Origin: the human T2T-CHM13v2.0 reference genome, Homo sapiens
Direction: 5' to 3' (one strand)
Length of the DNA: 64,000 bases
NCBI RefSeq assembly: GCF_009914755.1
Contig: NC_060926.1
Shown: positions 16,990-30,177 of the stretch, one piece after another
How the letters are laid out: each line of letters starts with the position of its first letter
Numbering within the stretch: position 1 is the first letter of the stretch
Notes under the pieces: model-generated
The model's database searches: none
What the model was told of the DNA's origin: nothing
Seen by the model: only the letters and a program-made list of their open reading frames with translations
Translations under genes and position numbers: made by a program

Positions 16990-18737
16990 TTATTAGAAAA
17001 CTGGGGACCCTTGAATATCAAATGTTTTTACTTCCATGAGTTAACTGTGTTAGGACACAGAAATATGTACAAACATCAGTTTTGGGAAATACATCTTAAA
17101 AAGATTTCATTATAAGAAAAAGAAATTATGGCCACTTGACATGTTTTGTTTTTGAGAGCCAGCTGTCTAGAGCTGATTTATATCATGAGATATGTCTATT
17201 GTGAAAAGAATAATTAGTACAGTGGCTCAGTTTCTCACTTTCTGATAGATTTTATAGAAAACGCTAGGCTTTATAAAATCTGTGGTCATGGTTTGTGGGA
17301 AATGTAAAGCACTGTAAGAAATTAGTACATTTGTGATGACACTATATTCTTCTTGTTTTAAAATTTATGATAACTATTAATTGGAGCTTTACTTCATTTA
17401 GTAAAAATTAACTGATTTGAAGTACACTTCTCTGAGGTGCATTACAAATCAAATTTGTAGGTAAATGAGCTTGCTCAAGGAAGGAGCTCTTTATGTTTTC
17501 TATGAATATTCACCAAGCACAGTCAGTGATTTTCTCTAAATATGTAAAGAAGGTAAATTAACTGTAATCTGAGGTGAGTATCAGGGCTCAGAAGTGGCAT
17601 TTTTATAATAATAATGGCTAGACGTTTCAAATTAATGAGTGTAGTTTGTGATCAGATTATTTATTACAGGATCGAACTCTAGTTAGATTCAGATAGTGTC
17701 CATGAACTTGACCTGAAGGTCCCACTTCATGCTTAAGTCATTTAGTTTGGCTCAATTGGTGTAAATTCACAGGTAGCAGATGTGAACATCAGCATTGTCC
17801 GTGATGACAGTAGAATCAAGTAGCTTAGCAGTGTTGCAGTTGGTGTGGATTCTATAGGAACTTCTAGGGAGAGCATTAGTTTTTTGTATTACTTCAACAC
17901 TTTGATTTATAAACTGATATAGATAAAAACAACAAACAGCACAGAAAGCCAAAGTTATTTTCTCCTTTTGTAGTATAAAAAGGTACCCACAATAAAACTT
18001 TAGACATTTTTAAAGGAATATTATTTTCAACGTGTTTAGGGCTAATTTAGAGAAGTGGAAACATAGGCCTCTAAAATTGTTTAAAAGGCATTTTATTCCA
18101 AGACATTTTGCTTTCATGAAAAATATTTAAAGTGTTGTTCAAATATTTTCACTATAAGGAGCCAGTGCTTCTCTTTGATACTATCAAAGAGCCACCTCCA
18201 CATGCCTTTTCTTAGGCACTGGGAACATGTCCAGGCAAGAACTGCGAGGTCAGTAGTTCTTACGTGCATATTCCTGGGTTTTGACCAGTTTCACCTGTCA
18301 CTATCATCTTTTTTAGTCATCTTTTATGCAGGCCATGTCTACATATCATTTGGACCATTTGGCACATAGTTAATTATATTGGTCATCATTACAGTGGAGC
18401 AAGAGTTATTGACTATATCCAAATTGTTGATACAGTGAGATTATCTTAATGACCAAAGTAAATGCATATACTTATTTTAGACACTAATGAATTCCATTGA
18501 TTATTAGTGATGCAATGGATTGCTTTTAATGGCCATTTGAAAATCAAATAGAATCATTCCAAATAGATTTCAGAACAATCAGCTATTTAAAAAATATGTT
18601 TCCATATGCTAATCCACTCTGATATGCAGACATGGAGAAAACTAAAGGTTTTACAAAGTGGAGCTCCTTGATGGTTTTATCATAACTAACAAGCTTTTTT
18701 CCATGTGAAATTTGCTTTTCTTTTTCAACAAATCCAG

Positions 18738-18836
18738 GTCTTGGATGTTCAGGAAACTATAGATCGTCAACAGGGTAAAGAGTATGAACATGACCTTAGT
18801 GAGACAGAAAAAGCTATAGTCAGAGAAATGTGCAAT
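18738..18836 (+). CDS. CCDC85A: CCDC85A coding (probably cassette) exon, 99 nt: VLDVQETIDRQQGKEYEHDLSETEKAIVREMCN
   Basis: Pyrimidine tract and CCAG| acceptor, AAT|GTAAGT donor, phase 0/0; peptide resembles the recalled CCDC85C segment ...EEDLSEKEKAIVREMCN that precedes [10 protein letters not shown]. Confidence 0.85.
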
Positions 18837-19400
18837 GTAAGTTTAATGTGCTTTATTGTGTATTCTGTGTTGAAAGCCACATCGTAGCTTAGCTATTGTT
18901 TTATGAATATTTTTAAAATGCTGACCAAATGCCTTTATGTTTTTATATGAAAATAAAACCAATTTCCCTTGTTTTTATTTTCAGTATATTTTATTGTAGT
19001 TTTATTAATACAATCATGTTACAGAATATTCAATTTAGAGATGATCAGCCAATTCTGTATTCCAGAAGACTCTACAAACATTTGCTAATACTGAATTTAC
19101 TGTCTAAAATATGTTTCTAATTTTGATAAAATAAATGGGTTTCTATTTTATACTTCTAAGAAGTTTGTTAAAGATCAGTGTTTAAAAACCTATGATAAAG
19201 AAAATACAGCCACCTTTAGATTTACTTGTAACTATTCTTGGAAAAAATCGCCACCTTACTAGGTAATTTTGCTTAGTTCTTCATATGTCATATATGTGTG
19301 CTTCATGTCATGCGAAGTATTATCTTTAGCTTTCAGTTGTTGACCCAAACTCAGAATATAGTAAGGTAAGAAAGACAGATAAGAACCTAAAAGATAGTTA

Positions 19401-19646
<246 letters not shown>

Positions 19647-22600
19647 TTATTTTCACGTGCATATTCAACGCAATCATTAATATGGCTTGGATTTTTACTA
19701 TTAATCCCTGACTAAATTTTAATATTTTGAGTAATATACATGGGATGTATCATTTAGTCAATAATATAAATTGTGAGGCTTTAAATAGCTAAATGGAATA
19801 TTATAGAGGAAGCCATTGTTAAATGCAAGAAATCATGGTTAAGCACTGGTCATGTTAAACACTGATTTTAATTGGCTTTACATTATGCTTTATCCTCATA
19901 TTCTTTTCTCTATCCTATCAGGATGTGAAAATTGCTTAGAAATACCCTTTAGCTTTAGATCTATTAGGACCAGATATTCTCAGACACTTACGCATCAACC
20001 TCCTCGAGGTGTTTCTGGAATCCAGTAAATGTTACATAAGTCCCCTGGGCATTTTTTATGTGCTGGAATGAGACTTGTAGTCTCTTGCTTGCCTGTGTTG
20101 TGGCTGATTTTTCTCTTCCCACCCTTCCTAAGTTATTTGTTTTTCTTTCCTGCATATCTGTTGTCTGTTTTCAAAAGGACATCTAGTTCTAGATGTCATC
20201 TTTCCTAAATGCACCACCATTCACTTTCTGTAGCTTTTCAACCTGTGCTTAAGATTTTCAATTTGAATATTTCCCTCAGATAAATTTTAAAAAGTGAGCC
20301 ACATACCTAGGAATGCCTGTTGCTTCTCATCTATTGACTATGGAATGAGAGAGAAAGTTCAGACAATAGGAACTGTTGGACTAGAAGGAGCCATAGAGGT
20401 CATTCTCCAGTGTTTGTCCAAAGAATAGTATGTGGACCTCCTTCATAATTCGGATCTCTGAGTTTACCATCAGACCTCAGGCAATTCAGATATGAACCCC
20501 TGGGTAAGAACCCGAACACTCTAATTCTATATTTGAAGAAATTAAGACCCAGAAATTAAGTTACTTGCTCGAACTATTTTCTAATGAATAGTGAAGTCAG
20601 GAGTACACCAAGATTTCCTTTGAGGACCTTTCCTGAGGAACAAAAAGTGAAAAGCACCCTATCTTACAGAGGGGGCCATCTCCATGGTTCTTAATGCCAG
20701 AATTTCTGTAAAAAATTCCAGGATTGTTTCTTTCCCTTTTCCTTTGCTTTCCTTCCTTTCAATTTCTGGACATTAGAAAATTCATATCTTAGTCTCAATA
20801 GAGACCCATTACTGGATTGGATTTTGATTAGTTTTATGTTGATCTTTTTGTTTGCCTGCACTTTCAAAAATAAATTGAAAGGCACCATACAGTATTATTT
20901 TTATTTTTTAGTGTATAAGATACTTTCAGAAAGCCAAAAGCTTGCCCCCCTTGTTTACCTTTAAAAGTTCTCTAGGAGTATGTTTTCTGTCTCCTTTTGT
21001 CTTTGATCCCCAGAATTTGAGGAAAAAATGCAAACAAACCCAAATCTGATTCTTAAGCAATTTTATATATTTGGAAACAATTTAAAAATGTTATTGTCAC
21101 CATTATTAATTATATGATCAAAAACACATAGTCAATGCCACAGAATAGGGAAAAATGCAGATTGTAAAGCAATTTCATAGATAAGTTGTGAAACTAGCAA
21201 AGATTATGAAGGCTTGGCTTCTAGTAGAGAAATTATATGCCTTTATAATAATGTCACAGAAAAATAAAGTTTTCCCATAATATGAGATGGGTTATAAGAC
21301 TCAGATAGAACTTGGGACCACAGAAGTTTTGCTGTCATTTCTAGTATTGCTCCTAGAGATTAGATGTTGTTGACATCTACACAGCGAAAAGGTTATTATT
21401 CATATTACCATCATGTGGGTTAGTATGTAGTTAGCTATTCTCTTCCCAAACAGTGCTACAGAAATAAATGTACTGCCCCCTAAGAAATAGTAAATCTGCC
21501 TTTTTGTAGTAGTTGTTTTATTTTAGGTTTGTCTGTTTGGCTCTTGTAAATTCCCTGAGGACAGTTGAAATACCTGATTGGTCATCTCAGTCACAGTCTC
21601 AAACACACACCTGTTATGCCTTTTTAGTTAATAAGTCACTACTCCTGTGTCAACCTTTGTATTGTTGGTTTATTGCAAAGTTCTGCCTTCTTTAAGAGTT
21701 TCCTTTCACCACATAGTTACATCTGGGTTAAGCTCATTGTGTTCCACATTTCAATATTTGAAGAGGAGTTGCACTTTTGAGTTGTAACCAGCTAGTGCTG
21801 GTGTCTGTTATCCTTGTAAGGTCCTTAAGTCTACCCTCTGCTTCTAAACCACACATTCAAAGCATTCTGGATAGATGTAATTGTATTTAAGGGCTAGAAA
21901 AGGAAAGTCCATAGCATCCTTTGGCTCCTTGATTCAGTGTTTGTGTCTTGTCAATTTATTAAGAAATGAGACTTTCCTAAGTCTCTTGTGTATAGCTTGA
22001 GCCATCCATTGCTATATATTAATAATTCCTTTCCAGATATTTAAGAACCCTAACTTCAACTCCTTTTGAGTACAATGGGATATTTATGCCATGTATTGGT
22101 ATATGCTGAGGCATTGAGATTAACAGTTTCTTTGGCTTAGAAATGAAGGTAAACAGAGCCCTATATTGTGTATTACTATGAAGGATATTGGGTTTCCCTG
22201 TAGTATCCACTTCTATTTAAAAGCAAAACCAAACCAAACAAAAGAAACAGTTTATGAATAATTAATGAACAAACTAGTTTTGTGTTCACGTCAGAGTGTT
22301 GTAAAGTTTTGCACAATCAATCAATCTGATCATAATCCTTAGCGTGAAATAGTCTGGGAGGGTATGGCTGTTATTGTGCATGTGCACATACATGCATGTG
22401 CATGTGTGTGTATTCCAATCAATGTTAGTGTATTGATGTATTATTGGTGAATTCGGTAGTTTTACGTTTATGCTTACATTATTCTTGATTGCACCTTTTG
22501 TCCCTCTATGTGGCCCAGCTTCTAACATATTGTAATTGTATCTCTTTCAGTGATTCTTGAATTTATTCTTATCATCTGCCTACATTTGGATGCTTTGTGT

Positions 22601-22819
22601 TTTGGAAATCCAAGACATCATATTGCTTGGTAGCTAAGATTTGTGACAACTGATGACCCCACTCTGTAGAAAAAGCCAGAGAAATTTACTAGTGGCCCTA
22701 AGACTACCACCTCAGGACTTAAATAGCTCAATAACAAAAGCTCCTTCATTTTCCTCAGCACATTAAACACTGATATCCTTTGTTATGGATGTATAATATA
22801 GGAACCAGGATGATCTTGC

Positions 22820-22988
22820 CAAGGTGTTCTTAATTCTGGCTACACATTAGAATTACTTTTAGAGCTTTTTTTAAAAATGCAGTTGTCCATGCCTCACTTC
22901 TCCCAGTGAAATCAGAATCTTCAAGGATGGGGATTACTGTTTAAGAGTTCCTCAAGTGCTTAGTGTGCAGTCAGAGTTGGGGACCACT
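22820..22988. mobile_element. MER5A/MER5B-like hAT MITE
   Basis: TTCTTAATTCTGGCTACACATTAGAATTAC...AATCAGAATCT...AGTTGGGGACCACT. Confidence 0.7.
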
Positions 22989-23178
22989 TACGTAACTACA
23001 GTAAGTTAATACATCATTTTAAAATTTTGACCCTGGTTACTAACAAGGTTTAGTAGTCCCTACTACTAAGTAGTTCTTGTGTTTTAGGAAGCTTGTCATC
23101 ACATTTTATTTTGTATTTGAACTCATTCATGTGGATATTTTGTCTCTTGTCTTTACTTCATCTTCGCTCCTCTCTTAA

Positions 23179-23343
<165 letters not shown>

Positions 23344-25165
23344 GATGCACTCTTTTTCAAACAGGAGATCACCACTGCCAGAAAGTGATAGAAGACAAGA
23401 AGAAAAAGGAAAGAGTGGGTTTCCACAAACCTGGACTCATGGAATAACATGGAGTGATTGTACATTGCACATATCTCCCCTCTAAAACCTGTAGTACAAC
23501 TTCTCCCCTCAAGCTGATATTCTGTGTCTCTCACCTCAATGTCCACAACAGTCAATCTCAAACAAGGTAGCTTTGAACATCTCAAACAGAGTAGCTTTGA
23601 AAATCAACATTTTGGTACCAGTGTTTTCATTAGAAATAAGTGTTTTTAACTCCCCAGATATAATATTGTAATTGGGAAACCTGAATAGTTTTAAGAGTCC
23701 AGTGGAGCCTCAGTGTTTTGAATAGAGATGACTCATTACACATAATGGTAGGAGTTTTCTACCATATCATATTGAAGATATGAAGAGGTATTTTCCAGCT
23801 TCCCAAGTTTGAGAGTTGGGCATTTACCTCTTACACTTCAGTCAACAAACAAACTAGTAATTCCTAATGCATAATTAATTTGGATGCAAGATAAGATTAA
23901 GTTTCTGGAGTTTTGTTTTGACTTCTGAGGTGCTAAAAAATACCATGTAAATTCTCCCTACCAGCTAGAAGGGTAGCAAGACGTTGTAGAGTGCTTATCA
24001 GAGAGTACCATTTACTTCAATTGATCAATATAAATATATCTTTTTTTTTCATCTTAATGAGTTTCTCATAAAGACACATCTTGGGGCATACCAACCTTCA
24101 TATTCATTCAGTGTATCCATTGGTGTTAATATTAACAATTTCAACTAAAAACAACAAACATAATTTTTCTAAGTGTTTCGAGCTGTGAGATGTCAATTTC
24201 TACAATTTAGTTTCTAGACATGCTGTATATTTAATAAACTTTATGTAAACTTTAAAATATTGCACTGCATTTATGAAAAAAGCTTTCTTTGCCTACTGCA
24301 GCTATCTAACATTTTATGAAACTGACGCATGTCCTTCATTATTGAGGCTAAAAGCTCTTGTTCAGATTGCTTGAGGTTTGAAAAAGAGGTGTGCTAGCTT
24401 TGCTTAGTTTATTTCTTATTTTTGGTATACATATACATATATATAACATTAGAATGTGTGTACTGGAAATGCTATGATAGGTATTTTGTGTTAATCCAAA
24501 TGCAATGATAGTTTCTTGTATGAATGTGCAAGAGGCCTGTGACCGAATGCTACGTTTTTATGGTAGTTTAAGATTATAAAAGTAGAAATGCAACAATTCC
24601 CAGTTTTTGGATAGGTTCTAAATTTCTGAGATTTGATTCATGGCAGATATTCTCTGTTGTTGTTGTTTTAGATGGGCTCATTACATAACGAGTTAATTGT
24701 CACTAGTAGGAGACTGTGAAGGAATTTTGTTATACTTTCAAAAATGTTACTGTGATGAAAAATCATCTATTTTCAGAAAATATTTATGAATTAATTTACT
24801 ATAGAATTATCTCTCTAATTATCATAATTGGGTTACAATTTAAGCTCCCCTTTTAAATGTTATATTTTAAAATGTTATTACTCTATAAAAGAAAATTGCT
24901 TGCTATATTTACACCTTCTTTCCTAGGAAAGCTTTCATCCTTAAATTGTTGTATTCCTACCCTCTGAAGACATTTAAAATAAGCTTTTGTGCCTGCAGCA
25001 GAGCCTGCAGAAGCTAATACAAGGGACACTGGTCTTTTGACAAAATAAACTTGTGTAAATTTTGATACTGTATTAAAACTATTTTTTTAAAGTTCTGCAT
25101 AAAATTGAGTATTAAGTATATGTGTTCATCTTAGCAATGGTAATAAATTATTTAATCTCACAGTG
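23344..25165 (+). other. CCDC85A: CCDC85A 3' UTR (approximate end)
   Basis: Repeat-free AU-rich stretch after the stop codon, ending in clustered poly(A) signals. Confidence 0.7.
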
Positions 25166-25180
25166 TCTTTGTCTTCTTCA
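25044..25180 (+). terminator. Polyadenylation signal cluster
   Basis: AATAAA 25044-25049, ATTAAA 25072-25077, AATAAA 25142-25147, followed by GT/T-rich GTGTCTTTGTCTTCTT; an upstream AATAAA at 24233-24238. Confidence 0.7.
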
Positions 25181-26525
25181 AAATGTCTTTCCTAAATTGA
25201 GTCCATTTGTAATAGTCATGACGTGTCCTAATGCTCCTATGTGATGGTAGTAATAATAGTAATACAGATGATTCATTATCTTAAACATAAACCAAAGGCA
25301 TGTTTTAAAATGTGCTCATAATGAGGGATTAAATATTTAGATATTCCTCAACTTGCACCATTCTGTATTATAATGGAATTAAAGCTTTCAAATGATATTT
25401 AAAATATTTAAAAATGTTTCTGTTATAAAATCCTCTTAGTCTTTTAATTTATATAGATTAAAATTAAACTTAATTATTATCTACTTATTTTTAAAACAGT
25501 CATCAGAAGGAAATATTTTGGAGAGGAAATACCAAATAAATGAAAAACTTGGCCTCTTTAAGGGACTTATACGTTATTCAGAAAGGCGTAATATATACAT
25601 GTGACTAAGAGATCAATAGGAAAAGACACACACAAATGTGCTCAGAGAACACATACTTCTTGGATGTCACTAATAAGATTGTGGAATAAGGCCTTCTACA
25701 CTTAGTATTAGCCTCAACTTTAAATGACAGAGAAGATGGACAAATAAGTGCCTGAATCTTGCTATTGCCTAATACCTTTATCAATCAAAATGAGTGGCAC
25801 CATTCACTTGTGTGACCAGGTTATTAGTTTATGATCTTATCTTCCCTGGGACAAAGGTTAATGTATCTATCTTGGCAGAATATTTTTACCAGCCTTGAAG
25901 CTGATAGACTGACAACCAGAATCTGAGCTTTTAAATGAATGCCTTTCAAGCTTCAAACACATGCTTAAGGCACTATAGGAAATTCAGATCATCTTATGTA
26001 ATTTCCAGTAAAGTAGCGACAGTCTAATTGGGATGATTGTTCCTTAGGTCAATGAATATTTAATGAATGCCTATCACTGCCATGTGAGTAAACACAGCAT
26101 TGGTTCCTGACTTATAGTGTGGACTGCTCTCAAGAATTACATTTAAGAGTAGTATCTGGGATGCTAGCTGGATCTTTTTGATCCTTGAGATCGTGATAGG
26201 GTTACCTCAAACATCCAGTTTCTTGATCTGAGTAAGCAGTATCCAAATGATTTCCACTAATTTCCAGAGTTCACATTCTTTAGTAAGCTTCTTGTTGCCT
26301 CATTCCACCTCTACATCAGGGGCAAACTGATTTCTCCAGTAGAAACCTTGGTTGCAATCTATTCCTGGAAAGGATCTGCCTACCTCAAGCTGGCTTATCA
26401 AGGTAGATGCCCAAAAAAGCTCAAGGCACCACTATGAGGAATTCATATACTAATATACATTTTTAATTCTTTTCCTTCTAAAGAATAAAAATTATCCACC
26501 CTGTTACACAATTACAAACAGTATA

Positions 26526-26604
26526 TTAAGTTGAACCATAGGAAATTGCCAATATATGACCACTTTTGGATTATTAAAACAGTAATTTCATACGGTCCAA
26601 CCTC
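26526..26604. mobile_element. MADE2-like mariner MITE (~80 bp)
   Basis: Terminal inverted repeats AAGTTGAACCATAGGAAATTGC / GTAATTTCATACGGTCCAACCT. Confidence 0.75.
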
Positions 26605-26739
26605 TCAAGATGAAGATATTTTTTGGTTGGAATTATAGAGTGAATACAGTAGAAGTTATAGAAGAGTCATCACATTGGGCTGGAGCTATCTTAAAGTATG
26701 CTGTATTAAGTGCAGCATTGAATAAATAGCATTTGACTT

Positions 26740-26880
26740 TAGAGAGGCAGAATTTGGGCCTGCAAGTTCAGTATTTGACTTTATAATTAGCTTTCTGAGT
26801 TTGACCAATTTAACTTCACTGAGACTGTTTCCTTACGTGCTGTATGGAGATAAAATCTATATTGCTGAGTTGTTGTAAGG
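26740..26880 (+). mobile_element. MIR fragment
   Basis: TTTAACTTCACTGAGACTGTTTCCTT...GAGTTGTTGTAAGG. Confidence 0.55.
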
Positions 26881-27837
26881 CTTTTATTGCTGCCTTAATT
26901 TTAAAGTTCAGTGGTCTTGACAGCGAATGAGGAATAATAGCAAGTCTTTAAAGACAAAGGATCCCAGACCCCGTGGTCTGTTGCAATTTATACTATTAGA
27001 CTAGAAGAGAAAAATCACATTAAGTGCTGAAGGGTCTGTCACTACTAGATAAAGTAATTCTAGCTGCACAGTTAAATACTATGAAGTCCTGCCCTTTTTA
27101 CATCATCCAGCCTACCACAGGCTCTTTCATGGCCAATCACAGATGGTGATTGTGTGGGTGGAGGGGAAAAAAAGGACATTGGTCTTATATTCACGTATGA
27201 ACAGTAGGTTTTACAAACAAAATCCCTACAACTATTTAATTCGGTATTTGTTTTTCATCTCACTGAGAAAACAAGAAAAAACTTTGATTTCAAAATGGCA
27301 GGATGAGTACCTGCTGCAGCTTCCTCTTCTTGCCTCAAACCTTAAAAATGATGTAAACAGTATTTCGATAAATAAATCCATAACCCCACTAGATCATAAG
27401 AAATAATGTGCTCCATGGGCCAGCAGTTATGATGAATTTTGGAAAGAAGGGAGACAAACAGTATCTGAATGAAGAACGAATCAATTCAAAGCACATGACG
27501 AAGGATATTGTTGAAAAAGGAAGATGGCTACAAGGGTGCTCCGAACAAAGAGGAATTTGACGCATGCATTGTATGGTATCCTGGGGTAACTGACAATAGC
27601 TAGGCATCAAAACTCCTGCATATAACTGCTCTCTCCTTGACTCAGGAAGAGAACAATAAAAATAGATTCATTTTGCTAGAATTCAGCGGAAGATTTTTTT
27701 AAAGTCTGAAAATGAAGGGAAATAGAGTCTGCATTTGTAAGTTTCCACAGTGCTTTCTCTCACTCTCTACTCTCTCTCACTCTCTACTCTCTTCATCCTT
27801 CTCTGCTTTTATTTCCTAGTTGATTTTTAATTGACCT

Positions 27838-28234
27838 ATTTTATTTATTTATTTCTTTATTTCAATAGCTATTGGGGAACAGGTGGTGTTCGATTACATG
27901 ACTAAGTTCTATAGGTGTGATTTCTGAGATTTGGGTGCACCCATCACCCGAGCGTACACCGAGTGTACACTGTACCCAATGTGTAATATTTTATCCCTCA
28001 TCCCCTTCTCCCACTTTCTCCCCAAACCCCCAAAGTCCATTATATCATTCTTATGCCTTTGCATTCCTCAAAGTTTAGCTCCCACTTGTAAGTGAGAACA
28101 TAGAGTGTTTGGTTTTCCATTCCTGAGTTACTTCACTTAGAATTACGGTCTCCAACTCCATCCAGGTTGCTGCAAATGCCATTATTTCATTCTTTTATGG
28201 CTAAGTAGTATTCCATGGTGTGTGCGTGTATACA
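27838..28234 (-). mobile_element. L1PB-type LINE 3' end
   Basis: T-rich tail, then GGGGAACAGGTGGTGTT, TTTCTGAGATTTGGGTGCACCCATCACCCGAGC and TTCCTGAGTTACTTCACTTAGAAT. Confidence 0.85.
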
Positions 28235-28264
28235 TGGGTCATTGGGTATACATGGTGTATACAT

Positions 28265-28390
28265 GGGTCATTGGGTCATTGCCTTGGAAAGAGGCGGTGA
28301 CTCTCGGGTGTTGCCATGGCAATGATAAATTGACATGGCAGACTGGTGGGCATGTCTGATTGGAAAGCTGCTTCTGCCTTCCCCCCTTTG
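28265..28390 (-). repeat. Local direct duplicate of LTR segment 28806-28930
   Basis: By-eye alignment gives ~93-94% identity over ~125 bp. Confidence 0.9.
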
Positions 28391-28503
28391 TGTATACACA
28401 CACACCGTGGAGTACTACTTAGCCATAAAAAGGAATGAAATAATGGCTTTTGCAGCAACCTGGATGGAGTTGGAGACCATAATTCTAAGTGAAGTAACTC
28501 AGG

Positions 28504-28505
<2 letters not shown>
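28391..28505 (+). repeat. Inverted duplicate of L1PB segment 28120-28234
   Basis: Reverse complement matches over 115 bp with about 6 differences. Confidence 0.9.

Positions 28506-28557
<52 letters not shown>
28506..28557. repeat. (AT)26 microsatellite
   Basis: Perfect AT dinucleotide run. Confidence 0.98.
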
Positions 28558-28560
<3 letters not shown>

Positions 28561-29000
28561 TCAAGGGCAAGCCAGAGGTAGAAGAAAACAGCTTTATGGA
28601 AGAGGCAGTGTTACAGCTCCCTGACTGCTCCTACAGAGCAGGGCTACCCCATAGGCAAAAAGTGGCAGCTCAGGACAGTTTTGGAGTCATATTTATACCC
28701 ACTTTTAATTGCATGCAGATTAAGAGGTGGTTTCTGCAGAAATTTCTAGGGAAGTACTCCTTCCCTATGACAAAAGCACCCAGTCCCTCTACTTATGTAA
28801 CTTTTGGGTCATCGGGTCATTGCCATGGAAAGAGGTGGTAACTCTCAGGTGTTGCCATGGCAATGATAAATTGACATGGTAGACTGGTGGGCATGTCTGA
28901 TTGGAAAGCTGCTTCTGCCCTCCCCTCTGTTTTAGCTAGTGCTCAGTCTGGTTGCTTGTCTGAGCCCTGCATCTGGAGTTGAGTCCCGTCTCCTACCTCA
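28558..29000 (-). mobile_element. ERV1 (MER4-group, MER66-like) solo LTR, 3' end missing
   Basis: Ends ...GAGTCCCGTCTCCTACCTCA (reverse of the TGAGGTAGGAG LTR start); reverse TATA (ATTTATACCC); subfamily tentative. Confidence 0.75.
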
Positions 29001-30107
29001 GTGTCATGTAGTAGTAGGAGCTGTGATCACAGGTCCCGTTATATATTCATTAACCTTTAAAAAGTTCTGCTAAGCCAAAACCACTTTTTGCCATGTAAGG
29101 TTGTCAACCTTTATAGCTTATTAAAGTTTTGGGTCAGAGCTGAAATTTTTCTCCTTACAAAATTATCGGCTTTGCTAACAAATCCCCATCCAAAGGAGAA
29201 TTATAAATTGTTCATCAACTGTTACAAGAGAAGATCCATTTATCCACCTGCTCATTTGGTGTACAAAACATTTGGAGATTACTTTAATGCACAGTCAGTA
29301 TAGAAATGTGTGTTTCAATCACTGGTCAGAAAGTATGATCTAATTTTTCTATCGTCCACCTCTTTACAAAAGCCCGACTGAGAAAAGTTTCATTTAGGGA
29401 AAATAAGGTACCCACTACTTTTGATAATTTAAAACTGTAATTAAAACATATTAGATACCAGAGTTTAACATATAAACTTGGCTTATGGAATCACCTTCAC
29501 TCAATTGCACTAAATATTTAATCAATACCATTTTATGAAATGACCATGTGTTTGCTACAAAAATGTTGCCAAGCCTAATGTTCACTGATGAAAAAGGTCT
29601 CTTAGCTACAATCCCAAACAAAAAATTCAGTATATAATTTATAATTGGAAAATGGTTGTTTCATATGAGGTGGTTTCATAGTGAGGTTTTTTTCCCTCTT
29701 CTTTCATTTGGTATGTTTAGACTTACCAGCCTTTTGTCTAGCTGTCAGGAAGTCGAGGGCCAAGTTAGAAGTTCAGTCACAGAAACAGGATTGACTCCCA
29801 TGGTTGGTATCTGAATTCCTATCTTTTTCTTAGTCTCTATTTCCTTCTCTAATTTACTAATCTCTATTAGCCATGACATCATTTGTTTTTGTAAGCTTCC
29901 TAAATATTTTTGAAAAAGCTGTGGTATCAATACATTCAGTAGTTAAAAATGACGGTCATGCCACAGAAGGAGAAGTAAGGAAATACTAAGCCATCTGCAA
30001 TAAAAACAAAACAAAACAAAAATAAAAACAACTCTGCTTCTTTTCCCCCTTTTTTTGCATTTGCTGTTGTGAATAAACTTTTCATCTAAAGTTTGGAAAA
30101 AATACGT

Positions 30108-30177
30108 CATATATATGTATGTGCGTGTGTGTGTGTACGTGTATATATATATGTGTGTGTATATATACACATACATA
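30108..30177. repeat. (TA)n/(TG)n mixed low-complexity repeat
   Basis: Alternating purine-pyrimidine run. Confidence 0.85.

Noticed and set aside
22540-22660. Possible alternative exon after TCTCTTTCAG or ATCCAAG (TSYCLVAKICDN*)
   Set aside because: Weak acceptors, no clear donor or poly(A) signal, no homology support.
24255-24275. miRNA seed matches in the 3' UTR (TTGCACT, TGCACTG)
   Set aside because: 7-mers are common by chance; uninterpretable without conservation data.
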